Source: a virus
Length of the DNA: 64,000 nucleotides
Direction: 5' to 3' (one strand)
Virus record (IMG/VR): IMGVR_UViG_3300029431_000104
The notes beneath the pieces were generated by a model. It was not told the origin of the DNA, did not search any database, and saw only the letters and a program-made list of their open reading frames with translations. Numbering within the stretch: position 1 is the first letter of the stretch; each line of letters starts with the position of its first letter. The position numbers were made by a program, and so were the translations under genes. Shown here piece after piece: positions 52,564-61,845 of this stretch.

Positions 52564-54864
52564 ATGACAAGACAAAAAGTGGATGTGATCCCCGCCAGTG
52601 TGCGCTCGGTACAGAACGGCGGGCAGCTGAAAAGCCAGACCAACATCCGTGTGGCGGCTTACTGCCGTGTTTCCACCGGCGATGAGAGTCAGCAGACTTC
52701 CTACACGACACAGAAAGCATTCTACAAAGACCTCATCACCCGGAAGCCCGGCTGGATCTTTGCCGGCATCTACGCGGATGAAGCAAAATCTGGTACCAAC
52801 CGGGAACATCGAGAAGAATTCAACCGCATGATAAAAGATGCGATGAATGGAAAGCTGGACTACATCGTTACAAAGTCCATTTCCCGATTCGCACGAAACA
52901 CCATTGACTCCCTGACCTGTACCCGTGAGCTTCGGCAGCTGAAGCCGCCAGTGGGTATCTATTTCGAGAAAGAAAACATCGACACGCTGGACGCCAAAGG
53001 TGAGCTGATCCTGACGATCCTTTCTGCACTGGCACAGGATGAGAGCCGTTCCATTTCCGATAACATCCGATGGAGCATCCAGAAGAAGTTCCAGTCTGGT
53101 GTCCCGCATATCAATCTGAAACGGATGCTGGGATATGAGCTTGGGGAAAATAAGCAGTGGGTCATCGTGCCGGAGCAGGCAGAGATCATCCGCTACATTT
53201 TTGACCGTTTCGTGAAAGGCCAGACGGCGAATAAGATCGCTCAGGAGCTGAACCAGATGGAAAAATTCACGGTCAACGGGAAGAAGTGGAGTGCCAGCTC
53301 GATCCTGATCGTCCTGCGGAATGAGAAGTATGTGGGCGACATCGAGATGCAGAAGACCATTACCAAAGACTTCCTTACCCACCGTTCCAGCATCAACAAG
53401 GGCGAAGCACCCCGGTACTATGTGAAGAACCATCATGTGGGCATCATCGACCGCGTGACTTGGGATAAAGTGCAGACCATGCTGTTCGAGAAGCCGAGGG
53501 CAGATATGACGAAAGGCCCCGGCAAGAAAAAGGTAAAGAGCATTAAGGGTTCTCCGTTTGGAAACCTGCGCTGTGGTGCGATCCTGGAGAATGGGCCGGA
53601 TACCGGAAAGCCCTGCGGGGAGGGATTCTTCCGTACAACCTACACGGGTGTGGCAAATGGTTACAGCGATGAGCGGAGTCTTAAGGCGACTGGTGAGGAT
53701 ACCGGAGAGTATCTGGAAAAATACACCTATTCGTATCCCGTTTGGCGGTGCAAGCGTAAGGTCGGGGAGCGGGACGGTGAGCCGCCGAAGAACGGTTCTC
53801 CCGACCAGAAGGCGTATTGCCGGAGCAAGAAAGGCTGCATGTCGGATGAGGAAAAGGAAGCGGCAAACAAGCGCTGCCCCTCAGAACGCTACCATGAGTG
53901 TGCGCTGGAGCAGAGTTTCATGGAACTGCTCTACAGCATGAAGCGTGACTTTGAACAGCACGGTGATGCCTCCATGATCGTGACGATGTTTGACAACGCC
54001 TATGAGCAGGCTGTCCGGCTGGCGAATAACAACAGCATCTCGGTGCAGAGGATGGCAACGGTGGAAAATCAGATCAAGGAGATGGAAGAACGCCTGCAGG
54101 ATGCCATCAGCCATCAGGTGGCGGCGCTTCGGGAAGCTGCACTGGAACAGAACGTGGAACTGAATGAAGCCCTTTCCAACGGGGAAGTGACCATTGACGA
54201 CATCGACCTGGACATCCGGAGCGGACTGACACCGGGAAGCATCGGAGTGAGCTTCTATGGGACGGAAACGGAGGAAGGCTCGGAAGCCCAGATTTATACA
54301 GAACTTGTGAACGACCTGCAGGAACGGCTGAAAACACTCCAACAGGAACGGCAGACGATCGAGGAGGAACAGGGTGTACTGGCGATCATGAAAAAGAACT
54401 TTGAATACTTCCTTGCCTGCCTGAAAGAACTGCCGGATACCAATGCAGGCGGAATGCCGCTGAGAGTCAACGGTCTGGATGTACAGGGAACCCTGCTTCG
54501 GGATGTGGACGGAAATGCCATCGAAGGCCGGAAACGTGCCATCACCAGCGGAAAGCTCAAGCTGACTCCTGAGCGGATCGCAGAAGCACCAGATATGCTT
54601 CACTTTGAAAAAGGCATCTACTGTGCTTTTGTTGAGAGCGGGGTACTGCAGGGGGATGTGGCAACCTATAAGACAAACTTCGGTGTGACACTGACCTCAA
54701 AAGGCAACCGCAGAACGCTCGACAGCTTCATGGGTTATAAGCGGAGTGACATGGACGGTAATGTGGTCTATGTGGATGCTCCTTATAAGGTGTACGGATT
54801 CAGCATTCAGTACCGCAGATACCTGACAACTGCAGCGAAGCGCGAGAGGGAAGAAGCGGTGTGA
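52564..54864 (+). CDS. large serine recombinase 2
   Basis: AAYCRVSTGDESQQTSYTTQ...GKLDYIVTKSISRFARN; recombinase and zinc-ribbon domains; 35 bp downstream of recombinase 1 on the same strand. Confidence 0.85.
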   Translation: MTRQKVDVIPASVRSVQNGGQLKSQTNIRVAAYCRVSTGDESQQTSYTTQKAFYKDLITRKPGWIFAGIYADEAKSGTNREHREEFNRMIKDAMNGKLDYIVTKSISRFARNTIDSLTCTRELRQLKPPVGIYFEKENIDTLDAKGELILTILSALAQDESRSISDNIRWSIQKKFQSGVPHINLKRMLGYELGENKQWVIVPEQAEIIRYIFDRFVKGQTANKIAQELNQMEKFTVNGKKWSASSILIVLRNEKYVGDIEMQKTITKDFLTHRSSINKGEAPRYYVKNHHVGIIDRVTWDKVQTMLFEKPRADMTKGPGKKKVKSIKGSPFGNLRCGAILENGPDTGKPCGEGFFRTTYTGVANGYSDERSLKATGEDTGEYLEKYTYSYPVWRCKRKVGERDGEPPKNGSPDQKAYCRSKKGCMSDEEKEAANKRCPSERYHECALEQSFMELLYSMKRDFEQHGDASMIVTMFDNAYEQAVRLANNNSISVQRMATVENQIKEMEERLQDAISHQVAALREAALEQNVELNEALSNGEVTIDDIDLDIRSGLTPGSIGVSFYGTETEEGSEAQIYTELVNDLQERLKTLQQERQTIEEEQGVLAIMKKNFEYFLACLKELPDTNAGGMPLRVNGLDVQGTLLRDVDGNAIEGRKRAITSGKLKLTPERIAEAPDMLHFEKGIYCAFVESGVLQGDVATYKTNFGVTLTSKGNRRTLDSFMGYKRSDMDGNVVYVDAPYKVYGFSIQYRRYLTTAAKREREEAV

Positions 54865-54879
54865 TGGAAGGAGACAGGA

Positions 54880-54927
54880 CCCTGCCGGGTGTGGCTTTTG
54901 TGGCTGCATCTGGCAGGGCTTTTTTTG
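54880..54927 (+). terminator. rho-independent terminator after the recombinase pair
   Basis: CCCTGCC...GGCAGGG stem followed by TTTTTTTG. Confidence 0.5.
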
Positions 54928-55075
54928 TTTAATGTTTTATTGTGCTGCTATTTTGCCTTTTTTTGTCTGGCCTTTTTTACCCGTAAGGATTGCTATGTGC
55001 AGAATCCTGTTATATGTTGTGGGTGGCGAGAAATACACATACGACAGAAAATACACATAGCGAGGAGTGTTTGGA

Positions 55076-55465
55076 ATGAAAGATGTAGCTGGGATGCTGG
55101 CAGAGAAATATGGTGCAACAGCTGATGAAATTGTGGCGGCCGGTGCTATGAAATTATATCTCCAGAGCATGGAGCCGGCAGAGGCACTGAGAAAGGTGAG
55201 GGCTGTGTATGAGCCAAAAGTGATCCGGCTTGACAGTGGCGAAGGCGTGCCGGTACAAAGCAATATTGATGGTGCAAAGTACGCTGCGTTCATCGATGAG
55301 TCCTTGGCGTTTGCGGATCAGAAGATGAGAGAGCGTGGGGATGCACTGGCAGAAATGGTTATGGAAAAGTTGAAAGCCGTGGAAGGAAGGTGCCTGATCG
55401 AGTGTGCCAGCGTGGAGTTCATAAGTTTTATCGAGGATGCTTATCGGTGCCTGAAAAGCCGGTGA
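55076..55465 (+). CDS. hypothetical protein (129 aa)
   Basis: ATG 55076 after GAGGAG; the ORF track starts at an upstream GTG. Confidence 0.4.
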   Translation: MKDVAGMLAEKYGATADEIVAAGAMKLYLQSMEPAEALRKVRAVYEPKVIRLDSGEGVPVQSNIDGAKYAAFIDESLAFADQKMRERGDALAEMVMEKLKAVEGRCLIECASVEFISFIEDAYRCLKSR

Positions 55466-55582
55466 AAATTACTGGAAAGTTCACAGAAGACCGCTTGATA
55501 AACGGATGGCTTTATGGTAACATGAAAATACAATAGGGGTATTGTATACTCCGATTGATAACACTTTGAGGAGGTGGCACCG

Positions 55583-56416
55583 ATGGCCGAAACACTGGAG
55601 GAACGAAAGAAAAGGCATCATCAAGAAGACCTTCAACGTTTACGAGGTTTTAGACCGATTGATGATACTTTCATGCGTTGCCTTTTTAGAAACAACGTGC
55701 CATTAGCGGAAATGGTGCTGCGCATTATAACAGGGAAGACCGATTTACAGCTGGTTTCTTGTGAAACTCAGGCTGATTTAAAACGCGTGACAGGTGCAAA
55801 ATCTATTCTTTTGGACGCTTATGGTACAGATTCAATGGGAAAAAAGTACGACATTGAAGTTCAAAGAGCGGATATCGGAGCAGATCCACACCGTGCCAGA
55901 TATCATTCCAGCATGATGGATATTGAAAATCTTGATGCAGGAGAGGATTTCAGCAGTCTGCCAGATACTTATGTGATCTTTATAACAGAAAACGATTATT
56001 TTGGAGAAAACCAGCCATTATATCCTATACAGAATATAATTACCACAACTGGAAAGCCATTTAATGATGGAACGCATATCATATATGTGAACGGCGAGTA
56101 TCGTGGGGATTCTGATGTTGGAAAATTGATGCATGATTTTAACTGTACGCAGGCTAATGATATGATTTTCCCGTTAATGGCAGAGAAGACCAGGTATCTT
56201 AAAGAAAACCCGAAAGGAGTGAGCGAAGTGTGCAAGCAGATGGAAGATTTAAGAAATGAGAGTATTCTTGAGGGCATCGACATTGGCGACCTTAGAACGA
56301 CAGTAAAGTATTATAAAAAGGGCAAGATTACCCTTGAAGAAGCTGCTGAGGACTTGAACATGACTGTGGAAGAATTTAAAGAGAAGATGAACCAAATTCC
56401 AGCAGAAGCAGTATAA
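55583..56416 (+). CDS. Rpn-family PD-(D/E)XK nuclease / putative transposase
   Basis: 277 aa from the ATG at 55583 (GAGGAGGTGG RBS). PIDDTFMRCLF...LLDAYGTDSMGKKYDIEVQRAD...YVIFITEND matches Rpn/YhgA-like (TIGR01784-type) conservation. Confidence 0.7.
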   Translation: MAETLEERKKRHHQEDLQRLRGFRPIDDTFMRCLFRNNVPLAEMVLRIITGKTDLQLVSCETQADLKRVTGAKSILLDAYGTDSMGKKYDIEVQRADIGADPHRARYHSSMMDIENLDAGEDFSSLPDTYVIFITENDYFGENQPLYPIQNIITTTGKPFNDGTHIIYVNGEYRGDSDVGKLMHDFNCTQANDMIFPLMAEKTRYLKENPKGVSEVCKQMEDLRNESILEGIDIGDLRTTVKYYKKGKITLEEAAEDLNMTVEEFKEKMNQIPAEAV

Positions 56417-56424
56417 AACATACC

Positions 56425-56480
56425 AGCCCACTGGCGCACTGTGTAGATTCCTACATGGTCCGCTGGTGGGCTTCTTTTTT
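56425..56480 (+). terminator. rho-independent terminator
   Basis: AGCCCACTGGCG ... CGCTGGTGGGCT stem followed by TCTTTTTT. Confidence 0.5.
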
Positions 56481-56581
56481 AGTCCATACCCGTATAAACC
56501 ACAGACAGCACTTCGGTGTGTTCCAAAGTGCAGTTGTGGCTTATGCGGGCTTTTTTGTTATATGATCAACAAGTTATAAAA

Positions 56582-56923
56582 TCAAACTCCTAAGCCGTAT
56601 AAAATTGCTTTCATCTCCTTTACCATCCGGGTGAGAATCTCCTGCTCAATTGCATTACAGTCTAAAAGCAGACGGTGGATCTCGGAATCGGCAGTGGACG
56701 CGGAGTGCGCCAAACTGTCTACAAGAAGATCATCTGCTGAGGCATTCAGAAAGTTTGCAATCTGAATGAGTGATTCCAAACTTGGTTTGCTCTTTCCGAG
56801 TTCTATGTTGCTAATGTGCTTGTTTCCAACTCCGCAGCTGAAAGCAAGTTCTTCCTGTGATAAATTTTTCTTGCTCCTGAAATCAGCGATACGCTGTCCA
56901 AGTGCGATATAGTCAATTGCCAT
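56582..56923 (-). CDS. XRE-family HTH transcriptional regulator
   Basis: 113 aa from the ATG at 56923 (TAAGGAGG RBS); LSQEELAFSCGVGNKHISNIELGKSKPSLESLIQIANFL = HTH_3. Confidence 0.75.
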   Translation of the reverse strand: MAIDYIALGQRIADFRSKKNLSQEELAFSCGVGNKHISNIELGKSKPSLESLIQIANFLNASADDLLVDSLAHSASTADSEIHRLLLDCNAIEQEILTRMVKEMKAILYGLGV

Positions 56924-57163
56924 GTGTTCCTCCTTATGAATCCCGCATAAGGCAATACGATTATCCCGCATGAAAATGCACATAGCAACCGATCTACAGC
57001 TAAGACCGCAAAGTCCTTCACTCCTATCAGTAGTGTGGTCTTAGCCCCTTTTTCCACCTGCTAGGTGGAATTTTTAAGTTCACTCCACCTGTTAAGTGGA
57101 GGTCAAATCATCATGCAACCCTTATAATGTAAATGAGGGAAAGACTGCATACAGAAAGGAACG

Positions 57164-58144
57164 ATGATGGCGAACAAAGGAGAAACAGGAATTCTTACAT
57201 TATATAGTGATGTACAGGCGACTGCCGTCCGCTGGTTGTGGTATCCGTTCATTGCAGTTGGAAAAATCACATTGCTGCAAGGCGACCCCGGTGACGGTAA
57301 GTCCACAATGATGATGAATCTGATAGCAGAACTGTCCAAGGGCGGAACTCTGCCAGATGGAAAAATCATCGGAATGCCGCAGAGGGTCATTTATCAGTGT
57401 TCCGAAGATGGTGTTTCAGATACCATAAAGCCCCGACTGGAAAAATGCGGAGCTGATTGCAGAAATGTTGCATTTATTAATGAAGAAACATACGGTGGTC
57501 TGACACTGGATGATGAACGTATCCGGCAGGCTATCATAGAATTTCGACCGCGGCTGGTAGTAATCGACCCGATACAGGCGTATCTCGGAAGCGATTCTGA
57601 TCTTCAGATTGCCGGAAGAGCCAGAAAGCTGATGCAGCGTCTGGGCATGTGGGCATCTGTATATGACTGTGCCATTGTGCTGATCGGCCACCTCAATAAA
57701 AAAGAGGGAACAAAGGGACTTTACCGGAGTCTTGGCAGTATCGATGTTGTGGCAGCGGCACGAAGTGTCCTTCAGGTGGAACGAGATCCTAAAGACGCTG
57801 ACATTCGTATCGTGCGGCAGATAAAAAACAGTCTGGCTCCATCCGATGGAGAGATTCGTTTTTCAATAACTGCAGAAGACGGATTTCGTTGGCTGGAGTG
57901 TGAGATTGCACCAGACCCAACAGCGGAGCCGGAATCACCAAATTTTGAATCGAAGACTGAAAAAGCAGCATATCTGATAAAAAAGCTGCTATCTGAAGGA
58001 GACATGAGGTCCAGAGAAATTTATATACGGATGAGCGATGAAGGAATCAGCCACAGGACAGCAGAAAATACAAAGAAAGAACTCGGCATCCGAAGTTATC
58101 GGAAGATGCGTCAGTGGTATTGGAGCATAAAGCCGGAAGAATGA
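57164..58144 (+). CDS. RecA-like AAA_25-family ATPase
   Basis: Walker A GDPGDGKST; Walker B LVVIDPIQAY; typical companion of ICE/transposon recombinases. Confidence 0.65.
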   Translation: MMANKGETGILTLYSDVQATAVRWLWYPFIAVGKITLLQGDPGDGKSTMMMNLIAELSKGGTLPDGKIIGMPQRVIYQCSEDGVSDTIKPRLEKCGADCRNVAFINEETYGGLTLDDERIRQAIIEFRPRLVVIDPIQAYLGSDSDLQIAGRARKLMQRLGMWASVYDCAIVLIGHLNKKEGTKGLYRSLGSIDVVAAARSVLQVERDPKDADIRIVRQIKNSLAPSDGEIRFSITAEDGFRWLECEIAPDPTAEPESPNFESKTEKAAYLIKKLLSEGDMRSREIYIRMSDEGISHRTAENTKKELGIRSYRKMRQWYWSIKPEE

Positions 58145-58154
58145 GAGGAAGTAC

Positions 58155-59987
58155 ATGATAAGAAGTGAAGCAGAAGCGGTAGACCGCAAGCAAAGGATAA
58201 GAGACAGATACAAAGGTGTGGATACCTCTGAATTAGAGGTTATCCCGGCAAAAGCAGTGGAGGGGCTTGGAGAAAGCACCTCTATTCGGCGTGTCGCCGC
58301 TTATGTCCGTGTTTCTACTGATAATGATGAGCAGACTTCTTCTTATGAACTTCAGAAAAATTATTATACAGAGTACATAAAGGCACAGCCGGGATGGGAG
58401 TTCGTTGGAATTTACGATGATGAAGGCATCAGTGGAACATCGCTGGAGCATCGTAAGGGAATGCAGCAGTTGATTGAAGATTGCAAAGCAGGAAAGATAG
58501 ACCTGGTCCTTACGAAGTCCATCGCCCGTTTTGCCCGAAACATTGTGGATTGCCTTTCTGTCATTGAAACACTGAAAGATCTTGATCCACCTGTAGGTGT
58601 GAAATTTGAAGCGGATAATATTTATACGCTTGACAGTAACGGTCGTATGATCCTGACGATTTTGGCATCAGTTGCCGAAGAAGAATCTCATTCCAAGTCA
58701 ATCATTATGAACTGGTCCATTGACCGCCGGTTCAGCCGCGGACTGTTCCTGACGCCTGCTCTGCTTGGATATGATCAGGATGAGGACGGCAATCTTGTAG
58801 TGAATCCAGCGGAGGCTCAGACGGTAAAGGTCGTTTACTATCTGTACCTGAATGGATTTTCATTTACTGAGATTGCAGAGCTTTTGACAGAATATGGTCG
58901 GAAGACAAAATTGGGGAACACAGAGTGGAACCCAGGCACTCTTGCAGGTGTCATTGCCAATGAACGCCATTGTGGAGATGTGCTGGCGAGAAAGACTTTC
59001 ACGCCAAATTTTCTAACACATAAATCAAAGAAAAATAATAATGATCGGACGCAATACCGGCAAAGGGATCATCACGAGGCAATCGTGTCCAGAGAAGTCT
59101 ATAATGCAGCAAATCATCTGCGGGCATCCAGAAGTTATGCAAAGAAAAATCGTCCTTTGCCAGTTTTGAGTGTCGTGAATGATGGAATCCTACGAGGATA
59201 TGTTCCTTTCGACAAGGACTGGACTGGCTTTTCAGCGGAGGAATATCGGGAGGCATCTGAAAGTGTGATGCAAGAGAAGCCGGCCGATACCACAGAGGTT
59301 ATGAATCGCCTGGATCTTTCTGGCTATGAAGTAGTACGGGCGCAGTATTTCTCAACGTTGCGGAATCCGGCCATGACGATTTCAAATGGCAAGTTGCGTT
59401 TCAATACTGCCTGCCTGAAAAAATTTGAAGATGTGGAGTATGTGGAACTGCTTCTGAACTCGGTTGATCGCTGTGTTGCAATCCGGCCGTGTGAAAAGAG
59501 CAATCCGAATGCGATTCACTGGGGAAAGCTGAAGGAAGGTCGGTGGTGTGCCAGTACACTTGGATGCCGTGGTTTGGCAAAGACCCTTTTTGACATCATG
59601 GAATGGGAAGAAGGATTGAAATACCGTTTCCGGGGTCAGTTTGTGGAGCAGAGAGATAATAAGCTGATGCTTTTTGAACTGGATGAACCGGAGATGGTAA
59701 AAATTGAGGAGATTGTTCTGCCACCGAAGGAAGAAGAATCGGAAGGCAAGACAGTCAAGCAGACAATCTACATTTTCCCACCAGAATGGGCAGGAACTTT
59801 TGGACAGCCGATTACGAGTATTGCACAAGTCGGTATTTTGCAACAGGAGCATTACTCTGGAAACTGGGATGTACTCCGGCCAGCCACAGAAATAGAAGAA
59901 ATGAATACATTTACCGCAGATGGTTTGAATGCACTGCTCCATGAAGCGGAAAAGATAATGGAAGGATGGACAGATACGGATGAATGA
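58155..59987 (+). CDS. large serine recombinase 3 with C-terminal DUF4368-like domain
   Basis: AAYVRVSTDNDEQTSSYELQ...GKIDLVLTKSIARFARN; recombinase domain; the C-terminal ~200 aa is homologous to the two downstream ORFs. Confidence 0.85.
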   Translation: MIRSEAEAVDRKQRIRDRYKGVDTSELEVIPAKAVEGLGESTSIRRVAAYVRVSTDNDEQTSSYELQKNYYTEYIKAQPGWEFVGIYDDEGISGTSLEHRKGMQQLIEDCKAGKIDLVLTKSIARFARNIVDCLSVIETLKDLDPPVGVKFEADNIYTLDSNGRMILTILASVAEEESHSKSIIMNWSIDRRFSRGLFLTPALLGYDQDEDGNLVVNPAEAQTVKVVYYLYLNGFSFTEIAELLTEYGRKTKLGNTEWNPGTLAGVIANERHCGDVLARKTFTPNFLTHKSKKNNNDRTQYRQRDHHEAIVSREVYNAANHLRASRSYAKKNRPLPVLSVVNDGILRGYVPFDKDWTGFSAEEYREASESVMQEKPADTTEVMNRLDLSGYEVVRAQYFSTLRNPAMTISNGKLRFNTACLKKFEDVEYVELLLNSVDRCVAIRPCEKSNPNAIHWGKLKEGRWCASTLGCRGLAKTLFDIMEWEEGLKYRFRGQFVEQRDNKLMLFELDEPEMVKIEEIVLPPKEEESEGKTVKQTIYIFPPEWAGTFGQPITSIAQVGILQQEHYSGNWDVLRPATEIEEMNTFTADGLNALLHEAEKIMEGWTDTDE

Positions 59988-60672
59988 AGATACAATTATT
60001 GTGCCTCCGGAAGAGCAGGCAGAAAATGATAGAGACGCAAGAGCGGAAGAATTAGAAAGTACATTTTCCTATGATGGATACCAGGTCGTGCGGAAGGAGC
60101 TGTTTGCACATCTTCGTGACCCTGCAATTGTGATCCGCAAGGACAGCATTACATTTAACACAGCCTGCATCACTGGGCTGGAAGATGTGGTTTATGTACA
60201 TGTCATGTTCAACAGTGATTTGAAGCGCATTGTTGTACGCGGTTGTGATGAAAATGACAAGGATGCCCTGCGCTGGTGCATCGCCAAGCCGGATAAACGT
60301 AAAAGCCGGAAGATGACCTGCAAACCGTTTTCAGAACTGGTGTATAAGGAAATGGGCTGGGATACCGAATGCCGATATAAGATGCTTGGGTACAGAATTT
60401 CGTTTGAAGGGGAAACTCTGTATGTTTTTGACCTGCTCGTGCCGGAGATCTTCCATGAGGGCCAGAAGCGAAAAAATGGAACAGACCAGAAAAATGCACA
60501 AGAGGCAAAGCCTGCAAATACCAGAAAGGGATTTTACCCAGATGATATTGCGGGTACTTTTGGCGTACCTGTAGAAGAACATCTGAAAGAATCCGAAGTT
60601 CAGCAAATGGATGGCTATGTATCGGTGGGGATGCTGACGGGTAAGACCATCCCCGATACCGGGCTTGATTAA
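59980..60672 (+). CDS. standalone paralog of the recombinase-3 C-terminal domain (DUF4368-like)
   Basis: YDGYQVVRKELFAHLRDPAIVIRKDSITFNTACITGLEDVVYVHVMF...RIVVRGCDEN aligns to the recombinase 3 C-terminus (LSGYEVVRAQYFSTLRNPAMTISNGKLRFNTACLKKFEDVEYVELLLNSVDRCVAIRPCEKSN). Confidence 0.5.
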   Translation: MNEDTIIVPPEEQAENDRDARAEELESTFSYDGYQVVRKELFAHLRDPAIVIRKDSITFNTACITGLEDVVYVHVMFNSDLKRIVVRGCDENDKDALRWCIAKPDKRKSRKMTCKPFSELVYKEMGWDTECRYKMLGYRISFEGETLYVFDLLVPEIFHEGQKRKNGTDQKNAQEAKPANTRKGFYPDDIAGTFGVPVEEHLKESEVQQMDGYVSVGMLTGKTIPDTGLD

Positions 60673-60728
60673 AACGGCAACCAGGATTCCAAGGGGGAAG
60701 TGCGCCCATTTTTAAGGAGGGGAGAGTA

Positions 60729-61205
60729 GTGAACGAAAGAATATGGAACCAGCGGATGCTGGGTCTGACTTTTAATGTCGAAGATGGAAGGATCACAATC
60801 TTCCGCAGCACATTGGAAGCATTAGGCTGGCCAACTCACTATCGTTTCCTGTACAACCGAGAGGCAAAACAGGTAGCTGTGCAGAACTGTACGGCTGAAG
60901 ATGCAGGAGCTCATAAGACACCGAAGCTGACTGTGAGCAACAGCTGCGAGATCAAGTGCGTGGCATTGGTGCGGATGATCTACCGGGACATGCGGTGGAA
61001 CCGGAACAATACATATCGTCTGGAGGGGAAAAGTATCCCCAGACAGCAACTTGTGAGTTTCGATTTAGGCACTCCGTTTTTGGTCGAAAACGGGAAAGCT
61101 CTGGACGAAAATCCAAGCCTCACAAAGCCCCTGTGTGGCGAAGGATTGTCCGCTGCGGAAAGTTCCTCGGCCTCGCCAATTAAACGCGACAGTGGGGCGC
61201 TGTGA
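60729..61205 (+). CDS. second standalone paralog of the same domain
   Basis: GTG start after AAGGAGGGGAGA; ...GRITIFRSTLEALGWPTHYRFLYNREAKQVAVQNC... weaker similarity to the same domain. Confidence 0.4.
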   Translation: MNERIWNQRMLGLTFNVEDGRITIFRSTLEALGWPTHYRFLYNREAKQVAVQNCTAEDAGAHKTPKLTVSNSCEIKCVALVRMIYRDMRWNRNNTYRLEGKSIPRQQLVSFDLGTPFLVENGKALDENPSLTKPLCGEGLSAAESSSASPIKRDSGAL

Positions 61206-61311
61206 GGGGTGTGTGGCGAAGTCGGCAAAAGGCAGCCAACCGGGTAAAAATCCAGGATGCTTGCAAGGCAGCAAGGTGGAAGGTGACCGGGTGGGCAGGA
61301 GGCTATACAGA

Positions 61312-61329
61312 CAAGTCTACTCAACAAAA
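61312..61329. repeat. 18-bp direct repeat CAAGTCTACTCAACAAAA (copy B) plus partial copies at 61352 and 61752
   Basis: Read directly; copies B and C are each followed by an AGTGA-N6-TCACT palindrome. Confidence 0.7.
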
Positions 61330-61330
61330 C

Positions 61331-61713
61331 AGTGATTATAATCACTCCTGACAAGTCTACTCAACAAGTGAATAAAATCACTTTTGCACCTATGAACGTA
61401 AAAAATAAGTGATTAAGCTCACTTGTGGCTATTGGAAATAAGTGATTTTGTTCACTTAGAAAAAGTGAGCTTTTTACGCCACCCGGAGTTTTGGGTGATG
61501 CTATCATTTGGTAAAAATAAGTGATTATAATCACTAAAAGTCATTACAAACTGAAATAAGTGAGCTTAATCACTTATAAGGAAAAAAGTGAATATTTTAC
61601 GCTCTGATGTACTTTGAGGTCGTCGATTAGTCAATAATCGGCGGCTTCTTTTTTATGCCTGGAAAAGCGGGGATGTAGCTACATACGGCAATAAGTGAGC
61701 TTTATACGCCACC
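61331..61713. promoter_or_regulatory. array of six AAGTGA-N6-TCACTT inverted repeats plus three AAGTGAGCTTT(T/A)TACGCC half-site motifs
   Basis: Palindromes at 61331-61346, 61368-61382, 61407-61424, 61440-61457, 61519-61535, 61558-61575. Half-site motifs at 61462-61484, 61583-61605, 61690-61713. AT-rich non-coding DNA. Confidence 0.6.
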
Positions 61714-61845
61714 GTCGAGCAACTTCTCCGAACAAATTTGAGTACAGAAATGTCTACTCAACAAACTGTATTGACGTGCGTGCGGTGCTATCAGTGTTTG
61801 AAAGTCTGTCCGTTCAAAGAAGCACAAGCATAGGATGGAGAGAAA

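Noticed and set aside
5308-54603. Many long antisense ORFs from the six-frame track (e.g. 5308-6453, 7347-8573, 9888-11567, 13722-14390, 14695-15567, 24653-25333, 26587-27387, 30847-31614, 31596-32774, 34834-35784, 36674-38584, 37609-38625, 39283-40447, 45536-46534, 47577-48473, 51642-52379, 52393-53436, 53881-54603)
   Set aside because: Each lies entirely inside a well-supported + strand gene with recognisable domains. They lack RBSs and have biased low-complexity composition typical of shadow ORFs in GC-rich or repetitive coding DNA.
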